A model generated the notes under the pieces. The model was not told the DNA's origin, did not search any database, and worked only from the letters and a program-made list of their open reading frames with translations. A program made the translations under genes and the position numbers. From Pseudomonadota bacterium (GTDB lineage: Bacteria > Pseudomonadota > Gammaproteobacteria > Steroidobacterales > JBCAXP01): a DNA stretch of 52,865 nt. This document shows, in pieces, positions 10,091 to 20,595 of the stretch; the first letter of the stretch is position 1; each line of letters opens with the position of its first letter. The stretch spans positions 1 through 52,865 of the forward strand of contig JBCAXP010000001.1 of the NCBI GenBank assembly GCA_038533995.1, given 5' to 3'.

Positions 10091-12112
10091 TTGGCCGCTC
10101 GATTAAGGAGTGATTTTTTGAACAGGAGAGATCTGGCGGAGGTTTCAGCCCTCGCAAGCCGTCTCGGACGTCTGCCCCGGCGAACGAAAAGAGCCATCAT
10201 GATCGCGGGTGACTCGGTCATGGTGCCTCTGGCGCTGATCTGTGCGTTCGCACTGCACTACGCCGAGCCGTTTCCAGCCATTCTTGCAACATGGTGGCTC
10301 TATCCCGTTGCGGTCGGGCTGACCATTCCCATCTTTGGCCGCCTGGGTCTGTATCGCGCCGTGGTGCGATTTATGGGGCCACGCGCGGTGTTCGCGGTGC
10401 TTCAGGGGGTGACCCTGATGGTGCTGTTATTCGGCGCGATCGCCCATTTCCTGGCGCCGGCTACGGTACCGTCGACCGCCCTGGTCATGTTCTGGGGCGC
10501 CACCGTGCTCTACGTTGGCGGCAGCCGCTTCGCGGTGCGCAGTTACCTGCAGCGCCAGCATCGGCGCGGCGAGCGGGTTGCCGTTTATGGCGCGGGCGGT
10601 GCCGGCGCGAGGCTGGCTTCGGCGCTGGTTGGCGGCCAGGAGTTTCTGCCCGTGGCCTTCGTGGACGACAGCGTTGCGCTGCACGGCAGCGTCATCAACG
10701 GCATCGAAGTGTTCAATCCCGCCGATCTGCCGCGCCTGGTTAACGACCTGGAAATCACAAGAGTGCTGCTTGCGTTGCCGTCGGTTTCGCGTCGCCGGCG
10801 TATGCGAATCATCAGCCAGCTTGAAGACCTGCACGTTCACATCCAGACCATGCCGAACTTCTCCGACCTGATCTCGGGCAACGCGCGCGTGGACGAAATT
10901 CGCGATGTGGACGTGGCTGATCTGCTGGGCCGGGACACCGTGCCCCCGCACGAGGCGCTGCTGGACGCCTGCATTCGCGACAAGGTCATCATGGTGACCG
11001 GTGCTGGCGGCTCCATCGGCTCGGAGCTGTGCCGCCAGATCGTGCGCCTCGGGCCCAAGCGCCTGCTGCTCGTCGAGCACTCGGAGCTGGCGCTGTACGA
11101 CGTGAACAAAGAGCTGTCGGCCACGTTCGAGCGCGACGGCAAAGACAACGACGCGGTCGATGTGGTGCCGCTGCTGGGCTCTGTCGAAAACAAGGAACGC
11201 ATGACGTCGATCATGACGTCTTTTGGCGTACAGACCGTCTACCACGCCGCCGCCTACAAGCACGTGCCCATGGTGGAGCAAAACATGCTCCAGGGCGTGC
11301 ACAACAACGTGTTCGGCACCTACCACACAGCGCTGGCGGCGATGGAGTGCAACGTCGAGACGTTCGTGCTCGTGTCCACCGACAAGGCGGTCTGCCCCAC
11401 GAACGTTATGGGCGCGACCAAGCGCCTTGCCGAGATGGTGTTGCAGGGGCTTGACGACCGTGGCACGTCCACACGCTTTTGCATGGTGCGCTTTGGCAAC
11501 GTGCTGGAGTCATCCGGCTCCGTCGTGCCCCTGTTCCGCGAGCAGATTCGCCGCGGTGGCCCCGTGACGGTCACGCACCCGGAGATCATTCGTTACTTCA
11601 TGACCATTCCGGAGGCGGCGCAGCTCGTCATCCAGGCCGGTTCGCTCGGCAGGGGCGGTGACGTGTTCGTGCTCGACATGGGCAAGCCGGTGAAGATTGC
11701 CGATCTCGCCAAGCGCATGGTTCACCTCATGGGCCTGACGGTGATGAGCGAAGACAACCCCGACGGCGACATCGAAATCAAGTACACGGGCCTCAGGCCG
11801 GCGGAAAAGCTCTACGAGGAGCTGTTGATCGGCAACAACGTGATGGGCACGAAGCACCCGATGATCATGCGCGCCGAGGAGCAAATGCTGCCGTGGGAGC
11901 GCGTCAGCAGGGTGCTGGATGAATTGCGTGTTGCCTGCAGGCGCTTTGACTGCGAGTCGGCCCGCCACACCCTGATGGCCGCGGTCAACGAGTACAAGCC
12001 GTCGTCCAACGTTGTGGACCTTGTCTGGCAGACGCAGGAAGTGGCGAGTTCCGATGGCGCGATCACGCCAATTGCGAACGTCACGCCGCTGAGCAGCAAC
12101 CGCACCCAGTAA
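10091..12112 (+). CDS. Membrane-anchored nucleotide-sugar 4,6-dehydratase (WbpM/PglF/CapD family)
   Basis: The N-terminus has TM segments after LGRLPRRTKRAIMIAGDSVMV. The SDR core reads VMVTGAGGSIGSEL...YHAAAYKHVP...TDKAV.PTNVMGATKR. The start is uncertain: TTG at 10091 or shortly downstream. Confidence 0.85.
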   Translation: MAARLRSDFLNRRDLAEVSALASRLGRLPRRTKRAIMIAGDSVMVPLALICAFALHYAEPFPAILATWWLYPVAVGLTIPIFGRLGLYRAVVRFMGPRAVFAVLQGVTLMVLLFGAIAHFLAPATVPSTALVMFWGATVLYVGGSRFAVRSYLQRQHRRGERVAVYGAGGAGARLASALVGGQEFLPVAFVDDSVALHGSVINGIEVFNPADLPRLVNDLEITRVLLALPSVSRRRRMRIISQLEDLHVHIQTMPNFSDLISGNARVDEIRDVDVADLLGRDTVPPHEALLDACIRDKVIMVTGAGGSIGSELCRQIVRLGPKRLLLVEHSELALYDVNKELSATFERDGKDNDAVDVVPLLGSVENKERMTSIMTSFGVQTVYHAAAYKHVPMVEQNMLQGVHNNVFGTYHTALAAMECNVETFVLVSTDKAVCPTNVMGATKRLAEMVLQGLDDRGTSTRFCMVRFGNVLESSGSVVPLFREQIRRGGPVTVTHPEIIRYFMTIPEAAQLVIQAGSLGRGGDVFVLDMGKPVKIADLAKRMVHLMGLTVMSEDNPDGDIEIKYTGLRPAEKLYEELLIGNNVMGTKHPMIMRAEEQMLPWERVSRVLDELRVACRRFDCESARHTLMAAVNEYKPSSNVVDLVWQTQEVASSDGAITPIANVTPLSSNRTQ

Positions 12113-12124
12113 AGTCACACCCGC

Positions 12125-12147
12125 CGGGCGCGCACTCAGCGCGCCCG
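12125..12147. terminator. Perfect 9-bp GC stem-loop between convergent genes (possible bidirectional terminator, no T-tract)
   Basis: CGGGCGCGC-actca-GCGCGCCCG lies between the stop at 12112 (+) and the stop at 12160 (-). Confidence 0.4.
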
Positions 12148-12159
12148 TAACCGAAGCTC

Positions 12160-13686
12160 TCAGACTGCCTTGCCGGTGCGATGCCGCGCCTTGCTGGCCT
12201 GCAACGTGGCAGCCACCAGTTGCAGGGCCCCTACCGTCAGCAATGGTGGTGCAAGCAGCCAGAAAACGCCGTTGAGATTAACGGTCTCACCCTTGGGCAG
12301 CACAAACGCGAAGCGAAAGGCGACGGTGCAAAGCACGAACGTCAGCCAGAAGCTGCCGCTGCTGGCGCAGCTGCGATAAATGCGGCCGAGAAGAAAGCCC
12401 GCCACCAGCATGCCGCAGATAACGCCAGTGGAGCCAAAGTTGGCGTAGAGCTCACCCACGAAGGTGGGTGGCCAGGCACCGGTTCCGGTTGCCCAGTCGG
12501 GCTGGGTTATTTCCGCGACGCTGCGAAATTCCAGCCCCGGCAACAGGCGCGACAGAACAGCGAAGAACGATTCTCCATACAGAAACGGGTAGTCCTGTTC
12601 CCAGTACGCCACCGTGTTCATCAGCGACGTCAGGTCGGTGACGTTTCCGGAGTCGAGAATCAGGCGGTTCAGCGCGGTAAAAAACGTGTTCACGACGCCG
12701 CTGAAACCAAGCCGCGAAAAAATCTCTGGCTGGTTGATAAGCAGCACGCTTACAAGCCTGCCGAAGTACAGCGCAAGGCCCGCGGCGAAAAGACCGATGC
12801 CTGTCAGAATCATGGAGCGGTTCTTCGTCGGGCTGGACGAAAAAGCGTACACCATGGCGGCAACCACCAGGCAGTACGAAACGGTCTGGAAGAGTCGCCC
12901 CTGGCTGGTGAGAGCGGCGGCGGCCAGCACTACCACGCAGGCGACAAAAACGTAGCGAAGCGTCGAAACGGTTTGCTCGCGACGCAGCCTGCGCATCAGC
13001 GTGAACAGGCACAGCCATACTGATGCGACGATGAGCTGCAGACCGGCGGTAGATACGCCCTCACCCAGCTTGTCGAGGCGATGCTCGCGCAGCCCCATCT
13101 CGGCATAGTAAGCGTACAGTCCGCCTGGATAGGTAGACACAAGGTACACAAAATTGAGCAGGCCAATGCCGAACAGCACCGCAATGGCGATATCGTACAG
13201 CCAGTCAGGTATGCCGCCGCTTTCTTCAAAACTTATCGGGCGCCGTCGGGCCTGCCGGCTGCCGGCGAAATAGCCGGACAGTATGGCGAGATAGCCGAGT
13301 GCGACGAGTATCAGCGACCGAACCAGAACGCCGTTTCGCACCAGCGGGTCGGCAATCAGGTTGTGCTTGGAAAACTGGAAGTCGGTGAGAATGAAGTAGA
13401 CCGCGGCCGGAAAGAAGAAAAAATACATCGCCGAGAACGGGTAGATCGGTTCGATGAGGTCGATGTGCTCACGAAAGACCAGGCACAGTGGCACCACCGC
13501 GCCAACGGTAAAGGCCAGCGCCATTGCGGTTGTCTGCGACGGGTAGGGTAAAAAACGCAGCGTCCAGAAGAACACGGCCACAAGGACGAGGCAGTACGTC
13601 AGGTAGCCGAGCAGACGGTGCGGGTGCACCGTGACGCTACCGATGCGCTGTGTTGCCATTGTTGTGCTCATGACCGCGCGCATCAT
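12160..13686 (-). CDS. Putative O-antigen/EPS repeat-unit polymerase (Wzy-like polytopic membrane protein)
   Basis: 508 aa that is almost entirely hydrophobic helices. It sits next to wzx inside a glycan locus. There is no catalytic motif I can verify, so the call rests on context and topology. Confidence 0.55.
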   Translation of the reverse strand: MMRAVMSTTMATQRIGSVTVHPHRLLGYLTYCLVLVAVFFWTLRFLPYPSQTTAMALAFTVGAVVPLCLVFREHIDLIEPIYPFSAMYFFFFPAAVYFILTDFQFSKHNLIADPLVRNGVLVRSLILVALGYLAILSGYFAGSRQARRRPISFEESGGIPDWLYDIAIAVLFGIGLLNFVYLVSTYPGGLYAYYAEMGLREHRLDKLGEGVSTAGLQLIVASVWLCLFTLMRRLRREQTVSTLRYVFVACVVVLAAAALTSQGRLFQTVSYCLVVAAMVYAFSSSPTKNRSMILTGIGLFAAGLALYFGRLVSVLLINQPEIFSRLGFSGVVNTFFTALNRLILDSGNVTDLTSLMNTVAYWEQDYPFLYGESFFAVLSRLLPGLEFRSVAEITQPDWATGTGAWPPTFVGELYANFGSTGVICGMLVAGFLLGRIYRSCASSGSFWLTFVLCTVAFRFAFVLPKGETVNLNGVFWLLAPPLLTVGALQLVAATLQASKARHRTGKAV

Positions 13687-13725
13687 ACCGCATGGCCCTT
13701 GCCGGTTGCAGTCGCGGACGATTGG

Positions 13726-15192
13726 CTATCGTGCTGAGGAAGCAGAAATTTTGCCGATGAAGATGCGGGTGATCTCGGCGAACTCCCTCGGGATCAGGAG
13801 CCGTGCCAGCGCAAGGTAAGCAGCCCCGCCAACCAGTGTGCCAGCAACGATGTTGCCGAGATTGCCGGTGATGCCGAGGGCGCCAAGCGCCGCGTATGCA
13901 ATGCCCCCGGCCAGCGCTGCAACCGCCGCGGGCCGCGCGACCGCGGACAGGAAACGCGCGAGGCTAATGCCCGTGAGCGGCCGCACGAGAAAGCGGTGAT
14001 AGACCAGCAGCACGAGGCACTGCACGAGCGTGAGCGTGCCGGCCAGCACGGTGATGCTGCCCGAACGCGCCGCGAAGAACAGCGTCGCCGGGTAGACAAG
14101 CAGGAGAACGAGGTTCCAGTAAAAGGTCCAGTCGGCGCGTCCCTTGGCGAGTAACAGGCTGCCGCCAGCGCCAATCACCGAGCGCACGAGCGAATAGGCG
14201 GCCAGAATCTGCACCAGGATTACGGCCGGTTCCCACCCGGGGCCCAGCAGCAACGGCACGAGCCAGGGCGCAACCACCGCGGCGGCGACCATGAGCGGCG
14301 CGTTGACTGTTGTTACCAGGGCAATGATGCGCAAATAGCTGTCAACGAGGCGCTTGTCGTCGTCCTGAAGGCGGGACAGCCACGGGAAGGCGACACGAGT
14401 TACCACAGGGTTAATCAGGTCGACCGGTTGACGCACGATGCGGTTGGCCACGCTGTAAAAGCCCAGCGGCTGCGCGCCGAGCATCAGGCCCACCAGGAAC
14501 TGGTCAACGTGCGTGTTCACCGCGTTGGCGAGCATCGCGCCGAAGCGGTGGGCGCCGAACGCCACGAGCGGCCGCGCTTCCTGCCAGGAGAAATGCACTG
14601 ACGGCAGGCCGTGATCGCGAATACCGGTTACCAGGTACGCGGCCGATCGCACCAGCGTTGCCGCAAACAGGCCGGCAACCAGCGCCCAGAGGCCGAAGCC
14701 GTTGAGCGCAAGACCGATAGCGACAACGGCGGTTGCTACGAGGCTTGAAAGGTTGATCAACGCCATGCGCCGCATGCGAAGCTCGCGTTGCGCCAGCGCC
14801 TGGTACTGCACCGCGAACGCTGACACCACAAACGTGAGTCCAACAACCCGTGTGGTTGGCGTCAGTTCCGGCAACGAGAAGGCCGCTGCGACAAGCGGTG
14901 CAATGAGTATGACAACGACGCTTACGACGGCGCCGAGCGCAACGCTCAGCCAGTACAGTGAGTCCTGTGCAGCGCGGCTGAGATCCTTGCGCTGTATAAG
15001 GGACGAGGCCAGCCCCATCTGCGCGAACAGCATGGCGATTTTGTGAACGACAAACAGAATCGCCATGGCGCCGAACACGGCAGGCGACAGCAGGCGTCCG
15101 AGCACTGCAAGGGTGGCAAACTGCAGGACGATGCCGCCGGCACCCTGCACGATGGACCAGCGCGCGGCGCTGGTGGCGGTAGTCTCAGCCAT
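13726..15192 (-). CDS. wzx: Polysaccharide flippase Wzx (MOP superfamily)
   Basis: The track ORF extends to 15513. The preferred start is ATG at 15192 (MAETTATSAARWSIVQGAGGIVLQFATLAVLGRLLSPAVFG...SLIQRKDL), a typical Wzx N-terminus. It overlaps the upstream stop by 8 nt. Confidence 0.8.
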   Translation of the reverse strand: MAETTATSAARWSIVQGAGGIVLQFATLAVLGRLLSPAVFGAMAILFVVHKIAMLFAQMGLASSLIQRKDLSRAAQDSLYWLSVALGAVVSVVVILIAPLVAAAFSLPELTPTTRVVGLTFVVSAFAVQYQALAQRELRMRRMALINLSSLVATAVVAIGLALNGFGLWALVAGLFAATLVRSAAYLVTGIRDHGLPSVHFSWQEARPLVAFGAHRFGAMLANAVNTHVDQFLVGLMLGAQPLGFYSVANRIVRQPVDLINPVVTRVAFPWLSRLQDDDKRLVDSYLRIIALVTTVNAPLMVAAAVVAPWLVPLLLGPGWEPAVILVQILAAYSLVRSVIGAGGSLLLAKGRADWTFYWNLVLLLVYPATLFFAARSGSITVLAGTLTLVQCLVLLVYHRFLVRPLTGISLARFLSAVARPAAVAALAGGIAYAALGALGITGNLGNIVAGTLVGGAAYLALARLLIPREFAEITRIFIGKISASSAR

Positions 15193-16081
15193 GCTGCGTG
15201 TTGTCGGCCGCAGCCCCGCTCTGCCCGGCGTAACGCGCGTAGTGAGCAAGCTCGGCGCCGCAATACTCGTCGTATGCCGCCTCTTCGGCGTCAGACCACT
15301 CATGCTCGACGCGGGTGGCGCGTCGTGTTTCATTGCGGCCGCGGTTGCGATGTGCGTCGAACACGGCTTCGTCGAGGGACAGGCCGAGCGGATCGAGCAC
15401 CTGTTCGCGCAGGCTGCCGTAGCTTTGCGTGATGTCCTCGAATACCGCAAGTCCCGACGCGTGGCGGCGCATGTAGGCGTTGTCTGCGCTCCACAGCCAG
15501 CACAGCCGTTCAACGCGGCTCATCGCCTGCCAGCGCGCAGCGTCGATAGCCGCGGGAAAGGCGAGTTCCCGGTAGATGCGGTCGTTTGGTGTCAGGGCGT
15601 CGCGATTCAACATCGAAGCGACGACGTTTCGCGGGTGCCGCACAATGTGCAGAACGGTGAGCTGTGGAAGGCTGGCGCGCAGCGCCTCCAGGTGGCGGCG
15701 GAGCGCGCCGTTCACCTCTCCGTAGATCGCATTGCGGTCGTCCTGCAGGCGCCAGGCAATCTCCCGCATTCGAAACGTCTCGACGTAGGGGGCGGCGCTT
15801 GCCGGATCAGCGAGCGCGGCGGCATGCGCAGCCTGTTCCGCGGGCACCGGCTCGTGCGTCGCGCGGACTCCGTCAATCGTGTTCAGCAGCGTCGCCAGCC
15901 AGGTGGTGCCGGTACGTCCGGTGCTGGTGATCAGAAACAGGCGGCGAGCGCTGAGTACACTGCGGGCCTTCTCGGCCGACGGCGCAAAGGTGCGCGTGAT
16001 CAGCTGGTACGCGGCGAGTTTTCTGGCGGGCGCCACCGGCAGCCGGGCGCAGGCCCGCGCCGCGACCTGCGCCGTGTTCAT
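15185..16081 (-). CDS. Sulfotransferase family protein
   Basis: The start is ATG at 16081, an ATGA overlap with the upstream gene. It has a 5'-PSB-like loop LFLITSTGRTGTTWLATLL and a later IVRHPRNVVASM segment (3'-PB-like). Confidence 0.7.
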   Translation of the reverse strand: MNTAQVAARACARLPVAPARKLAAYQLITRTFAPSAEKARSVLSARRLFLITSTGRTGTTWLATLLNTIDGVRATHEPVPAEQAAHAAALADPASAAPYVETFRMREIAWRLQDDRNAIYGEVNGALRRHLEALRASLPQLTVLHIVRHPRNVVASMLNRDALTPNDRIYRELAFPAAIDAARWQAMSRVERLCWLWSADNAYMRRHASGLAVFEDITQSYGSLREQVLDPLGLSLDEAVFDAHRNRGRNETRRATRVEHEWSDAEEAAYDEYCGAELAHYARYAGQSGAAADNTQHG

Positions 16082-16725
16082 GACGCTGTCTCCGGCACGC
16101 GGGCTTTCACGGTGTAGCTTGCCGTTTCCTGCGGCCTCGGCAGCAGTCTGTCGAGTGGCGGTGCAAGCCACTGGCCAAGCAGCCACAGCGGCGCGAACAG
16201 AAGCCACAGCGGGCCGCGCGCATAGCGCCGCGTCTCATAGTTGAACTTGAGTACGAAGGTCTGCCAGAAGCCCGTGTTGGCTTCTACGTTCACCTGCTCG
16301 AAGCCGTGCTTGTCAAACAGGTACTCAAGACCGTGGCGGGTGAACCGGTAGTAGTCGTGCGGTGCCTCGTGCACGTGCCACATGAAAGGCACCGTGATGA
16401 ACACGCGGCCTCCCGGCCGCAGTATGCGCCGGATCTCATCCAGGAAAAGGCCGGTCTCTGGCAGGTGCTCCATCACCTGGAAAGACACCACAGTGTCGGC
16501 CGACGCATCCTTGAAGGGCAGCGGCTTGGTCAGGTCGGCGGTAACGTCGACGTGACTGCGGTCGTGCTGACTGGCATCCCAGTCGACACCCACGTACTCA
16601 TCGGCCGTCGCAAGAATGAGCTCGCGGTAGGGCGCCGAACCGCAGCCGAGGTCCACCACTGTGCCCGAGTACTCGAGGGATTCGGCGATGCGCCGGTTGA
16701 TGGCGTGAATGAGACGGTTATGCAT
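16078..16725 (-). CDS. Class I SAM-dependent methyltransferase
   Basis: The start is ATG at 16725. Motif I reads VVDLGCGSAPY. It also has VVSFQVMEHLP and ILRPGGRVFITVP. Confidence 0.8.
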   Translation of the reverse strand: MHNRLIHAINRRIAESLEYSGTVVDLGCGSAPYRELILATADEYVGVDWDASQHDRSHVDVTADLTKPLPFKDASADTVVSFQVMEHLPETGLFLDEIRRILRPGGRVFITVPFMWHVHEAPHDYYRFTRHGLEYLFDKHGFEQVNVEANTGFWQTFVLKFNYETRRYARGPLWLLFAPLWLLGQWLAPPLDRLLPRPQETASYTVKARVPETAS

Positions 16726-17326
16726 CGCTCTTTTCGTCCTCCGGGCCGCCCCCGGGCTTGTCCGCCCGCGGCAGTTCGCGAACCCGCCTGCACGGTGCGC
16801 CAACGTACACTCCATAGGATTCCAGGCGCCCTTTCACCACCGCGCCCGCCCCCACCACAACGTGCGGCTCGATGACTGCACCCGGCAGAATGGTAACGTT
16901 CGCGCCAACAAAAACGTGGTCGGCAATTGCCACATCGTCGGTAACCGTGGAATCGGCAATGTCTGCACCGGCTTCGTACTGGTTGGAATAGCTGATGATT
17001 GCCGTGCCGGGCCCAATCGCGACGTCGTCGCCGAGGCGTACTTCGCCGCGCATGGCGTTCACGTGGCAGAAGGCGCCCAGGTGCGAGCGTGTGCCGAGCG
17101 TGACGCTGCCGTATCGATTGATAATATGGCAACCGTGGCGCAGCGCAGAACGCGGTGCCCCGTGAAAATTGCGCGGATGAGAAATGACTACGGCGGTGTC
17201 GATGCGGCAGGGCGTACCCATTACCCAGCGGCGTAGGCGCCCGGCAATGAGTGAGCTGTTGTTGCGCACAATGCCATACGCAAGCTCCCGCAGCAGCAAC
17301 AGCGCGTCGCGCAGCACGCTAATCAT
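16718..17326 (-). CDS. Hexapeptide-repeat (LbH) acetyltransferase
   Basis: The start is ATG at 17326, overlapping the upstream stop by 8 nt. The repeats read GDDVAIGPGTAIIS...DDVAIADHVFVGANVTILPGAVIEPHVVVGAGAVVKG. Confidence 0.8.
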   Translation of the reverse strand: MISVLRDALLLLRELAYGIVRNNSSLIAGRLRRWVMGTPCRIDTAVVISHPRNFHGAPRSALRHGCHIINRYGSVTLGTRSHLGAFCHVNAMRGEVRLGDDVAIGPGTAIISYSNQYEAGADIADSTVTDDVAIADHVFVGANVTILPGAVIEPHVVVGAGAVVKGRLESYGVYVGAPCRRVRELPRADKPGGGPEDEKSDA

Positions 17327-18560
17327 CGTCGGTGAGGCACGGCAGGTTGACGCACTGCTCCACGGCGGTCGCAGCCGTCGGGCATCCGGAAACCTCGCGC
17401 GTCGACGGGTGCAGATGGCTTTTGAACCACACGCCAGGCCAGACGCCGTAGCGGCGATACATGTTCGCGGGGCTTCTCTTGAGCGCCGCATCGACGAGCA
17501 CGGGGTAACGCAGGAACACCGGTTCCGACTCAGCGATGACTCGCGGCTGTGCGAAGCCATGCTCCTCGCACCATGCCTCCCAGTGCCGGGCATTGCGCCG
17601 CCGCCGCTCGTTGTAGCGCTGCAGCTTGTCGAGCTGGTTACATCCCACGCGGGCTATCGCGGCACTCATCGTGCCGCGGTAGCCGGCGGGCTCCCTGCCG
17701 GCCATTTCGTCCTCACCGGTGGCCACAAACGGCTGACGGCCGTAGCGCAGTCGCGCCACGTCGCCGCGCCACCAGCGCTGCGGATGGCGAAAGCGAAAGT
17801 AGTTCCACACCACGCTTTGCAGCGCGCTTTGCACTTCGCGTTGATCCGGCGCGGGTGAGGCGTTCTGGAAGTTGCGCAGGCGCTGGAGGATTTCCGGACG
17901 GCGCGAAACGGCGATGCCGCCGCAGGTGGTGTTGATCACCTTTGTCTGTTCGCTGCTAAAGAAGCCGGCGTCGCCGTGCAGGCCAACCGGGACGCCGCGA
18001 AACTTCGCGCCCGTCGAGTGTGCACAGTCCTCGATTACCGCGATGCCGTGCTCGGCAGCCAGCGACAGGATGGCCTCGTAGTCGCGACAGACCAGGCCAT
18101 AGAGGTGCTGAACGACGATGGCGCGCGTGCGATCGCTTAAGGATTGCCTGATGCTCTCGAGGTCGGCGCCGTAGGTCTCGAGCTCAATGTCGCAGTAAAC
18201 CGGCGTGGCGCCGCGATAGAGCACGGCATTGGGAACCACAACACAGGTGTAACCGGGAACGATGACCTCATCTGCGGGGCCGATGTCCAGCGCATCGAGA
18301 ATGGCACTCAGTGCAACCCTGCCGGCACGAAACGCCACCGCCTCGCCGGTTTGCACCACGTCGGCAAAGCGCGCCTCGAAGCGTGCGGTCCAGGCGTCGT
18401 CAACCATCTCGGGCCGGTCAAGGCACTCCCGGGCAATGGCAACGTCGTCCAGGTCAAGGGTCATCGAGCCCATCGGCACCGGCGCCATCGGGGTACCGCG
18501 GGCAAGGCGCAGCAGGTTGCCGGCCTGGTGCCTGACTACCTTGCCGAGCTCCGTCATCAT
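17319..18560 (-). CDS. DegT/DnrJ/EryC1/StrS-family aminotransferase (divergent member)
   Basis: EVIVPGYTCVVVPNAVLYRGATPVYCDIE...AIVVQHLYG...VIEDCAHSTGA...FFSSEQTKVI. An ATGA overlap joins it to the upstream DegT gene. Confidence 0.85.
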   Translation of the reverse strand: MMTELGKVVRHQAGNLLRLARGTPMAPVPMGSMTLDLDDVAIARECLDRPEMVDDAWTARFEARFADVVQTGEAVAFRAGRVALSAILDALDIGPADEVIVPGYTCVVVPNAVLYRGATPVYCDIELETYGADLESIRQSLSDRTRAIVVQHLYGLVCRDYEAILSLAAEHGIAVIEDCAHSTGAKFRGVPVGLHGDAGFFSSEQTKVINTTCGGIAVSRRPEILQRLRNFQNASPAPDQREVQSALQSVVWNYFRFRHPQRWWRGDVARLRYGRQPFVATGEDEMAGREPAGYRGTMSAAIARVGCNQLDKLQRYNERRRRNARHWEAWCEEHGFAQPRVIAESEPVFLRYPVLVDAALKRSPANMYRRYGVWPGVWFKSHLHPSTREVSGCPTAATAVEQCVNLPCLTDDD

Positions 18561-19705
18561 GCGACGATGCTTTTCACCGCGGCTATGACGTCGTCTACAT
18601 CGCTCTCGGTGAGCGCCGGGCTCAGCGGCAGGCTTACCGTGCCGCGGCCGACTGCGTACGCATTGGGGAAATCCTCCGGCCGCCAGCCGAAGCGCTCCTG
18701 GTACACGGGGTGTTCCGGTATCGACTGGTAGTGCACGCCCACGCCAATATTGCGGGCCTTCATCTGCGTAAGGAATTCGTCGCGCTCGACGCCGCAGCGC
18801 GCCTTGTCAATCTGCAGACTGAACAGGTGGTACGCGTGCTGTTGACCGTCAGGCACGCTCAACGGCAGTCCAACGGGAAGGTTGGCGAAGGCGTCGAGAT
18901 ACTGGTGCCAGATTTGCTCGCGGCGGCGCCAGTTGTCCTCGACGCGGCGCAGCTGGTGAAGGCCGATGGCCGCCTGCAGGTCCATCATGTTGTATTTGAA
19001 GCCACACTCGACCACCTGGTAATGCGAGTAGCCTGAGCTGCCAAACCGTTTCCAGGCATCACGGCTCATGCCGTGCAGGGCAAGGCGCTTGATGCGTTCG
19101 TGGTGCTCCTCGTTGCGCGCCGTAACCATGCCGCCTTCGCCGGTGATGACGTTCTTGGTAACGTAGAAGCTGAAGCAGCCGAAGTCGCCAATCGTGCCGG
19201 CGTGAACGCCGTCAACGGTGGTTTCGATGGCGTGTGCGCAGTCTTCGATCACCTTGAGGTCGTGGGCGTCCGCCAGCGCCATGAGCGCCGTCATGTCGCA
19301 CAGCCTGCCAGCGAAATGTACTGGCAGAATGGCGCGGGTGCGCGGCGTGATTGCGGCTTTCACCGCGTCCGGGTCGATGTTCAGCGTGTCGCGATCGATG
19401 TCCGCAAGCACCGGCGTGGCGCCAGTGTGAATGATCGAGTTGACCGACGCACAGAACGTCATCGGCGTGGTCACCACTTCGTCGCCCGGACCCACGCCCG
19501 CGGCGATTAGCGCGAGGTGCAGGGCCGCCGTGCAGGAGTTCACCGCGGCTGCGTACGGTGCCCCGGTGTAGCGGGCAAAGTCGGCTTCGAACTGGTGCAC
19601 CTTCGGACCGGTGCCCAGCCATCCGGATCGTACCACCTCGGCGACTTCGTTGATCTCGTCGTCGTGAATCTGCGGTGCGCCAAAAATTAGCAGGTCTTTT
19701 CTCAT
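18557..19705 (-). CDS. DegT/DnrJ/EryC1/StrS-family aminotransferase
   Basis: [12 protein letters not shown]...[16 protein letters not shown]...ILPVHFAG...VIEDCAHA...[16 protein letters not shown]. An ATGA overlap joins it to rfbA. Confidence 0.9.
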   Translation of the reverse strand: MRKDLLIFGAPQIHDDEINEVAEVVRSGWLGTGPKVHQFEADFARYTGAPYAAAVNSCTAALHLALIAAGVGPGDEVVTTPMTFCASVNSIIHTGATPVLADIDRDTLNIDPDAVKAAITPRTRAILPVHFAGRLCDMTALMALADAHDLKVIEDCAHAIETTVDGVHAGTIGDFGCFSFYVTKNVITGEGGMVTARNEEHHERIKRLALHGMSRDAWKRFGSSGYSHYQVVECGFKYNMMDLQAAIGLHQLRRVEDNWRRREQIWHQYLDAFANLPVGLPLSVPDGQQHAYHLFSLQIDKARCGVERDEFLTQMKARNIGVGVHYQSIPEHPVYQERFGWRPEDFPNAYAVGRGTVSLPLSPALTESDVDDVIAAVKSIVA

Positions 19706-20595
19706 TGACTGATGTACTGGTTGCCGGGCTCCAGCAAGCGTTGCAGGTAGCGTCCGTAGTCGGTTTTTTCAAACCTGGCGGCCAGCGCCTTGAGCGCGGC
19801 CTCGTCGATCCAGCCCTGGCGGTAGGCGATTTCTTCCGGGCAGGCCACCTTGAGATGCTGCCGCTTCTCGATGGTGGCGATGAAATTGCCAGCATCCAGC
19901 AGCGATGCGTGCGTGCCGGTGTCCAGCCAGGCGGTGCCGCGGCCCAGAATCGTGACGTCCAGCGCACCTTGCTCCAGGTACATGGCATTCAGGTCGGTAA
20001 TCTCGAGCTCGCCGCGCGCCGATGGCTCGAGCTTGCCGGCAAAGTCGCAAACCCTCGCATCGTAGAAGTACAGGCCCGTAATGGCGTATGACGATTTCGG
20101 TCTGGCCGGTTTCTCCTCTATGGTCTGTACCCGTCCTGCTTCGTCAAAGCTAACAACGCCGTAACGCTCCGGATCGTTGACATAGTAAGCGAAAACACAG
20201 GCGCCCTCATCGTGCCGGGCGGCGTTTCGAAGCGTGGTACCGAGGCCTTCGCCGTAAAAGATGTTGTCGCCGAGAATCAACGCCACGGGATCGCCGTCGA
20301 CAAAGGACTCGCCGATGATGAAGGCCTCGGCCAGCCCTCGAGGCTGGTCCTGCACTGCGTACTCGATTCTCATGCCCCATTGCGATCCGTCGCCCAGCAA
20401 CTCGCGAAAGCGGTTCTGTTCGACGGGGGTGGTAATCACCAGCACATGGTCGATGCCCGCCAGCATCAGCGTGGTGAGCGGGTAGTACACCATTGGCTTG
20501 TCGTACACCGGAATCAGCTGCTTGCTGACGCCCAGGGTTGCCGGAAAAAGCCGGCTGCCGCTGCCACCTGCAAGAATGATGGCCTTGCGAATCAC
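19702..20595 (-). CDS. rfbA: Glucose-1-phosphate thymidylyltransferase
   Basis: The start is GTG, giving (M)[47 protein letters not shown], the canonical RmlA N-terminus. A GTGA overlap joins it to wzz. Confidence 0.93.
   Translation of the reverse strand: MIRKAIILAGGSGSRLFPATLGVSKQLIPVYDKPMVYYPLTTLMLAGIDHVLVITTPVEQNRFRELLGDGSQWGMRIEYAVQDQPRGLAEAFIIGESFVDGDPVALILGDNIFYGEGLGTTLRNAARHDEGACVFAYYVNDPERYGVVSFDEAGRVQTIEEKPARPKSSYAITGLYFYDARVCDFAGKLEPSARGELEITDLNAMYLEQGALDVTILGRGTAWLDTGTHASLLDAGNFIATIEKRQHLKVACPEEIAYRQGWIDEAALKALAARFEKTDYGRYLQRLLEPGNQYISQ

Noticed and set aside
10427-11326. 299-aa minus-strand ORF inside the WbpM-like gene, and similar shadows at 11510..12118, 12181..13023, 15065..16117, 22000..23085, 26379..27065, 34780..35235, 38802..39614, 45542..46234 and 47289..48026
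   Set aside because: All lie antisense to ORFs with clear family signatures. All have the Arg/His/Ala/Gly-rich composition typical of non-coding frames in GC-rich DNA.
15193-15513. 107-aa N-terminal extension of wzx in the track ORF, and analogous extensions at 5128-5193, 16082-16207, 16726-16815, 17327-17593, 24215-24469, 25141-25278 and 25788-25997
   Set aside because: The extensions are Cys/Arg/Thr/Ala-rich, overlap the upstream gene extensively and lack homology-like sequence. Internal ATG/GTG starts give canonical N-termini and 4- or 8-nt stop/start overlaps.
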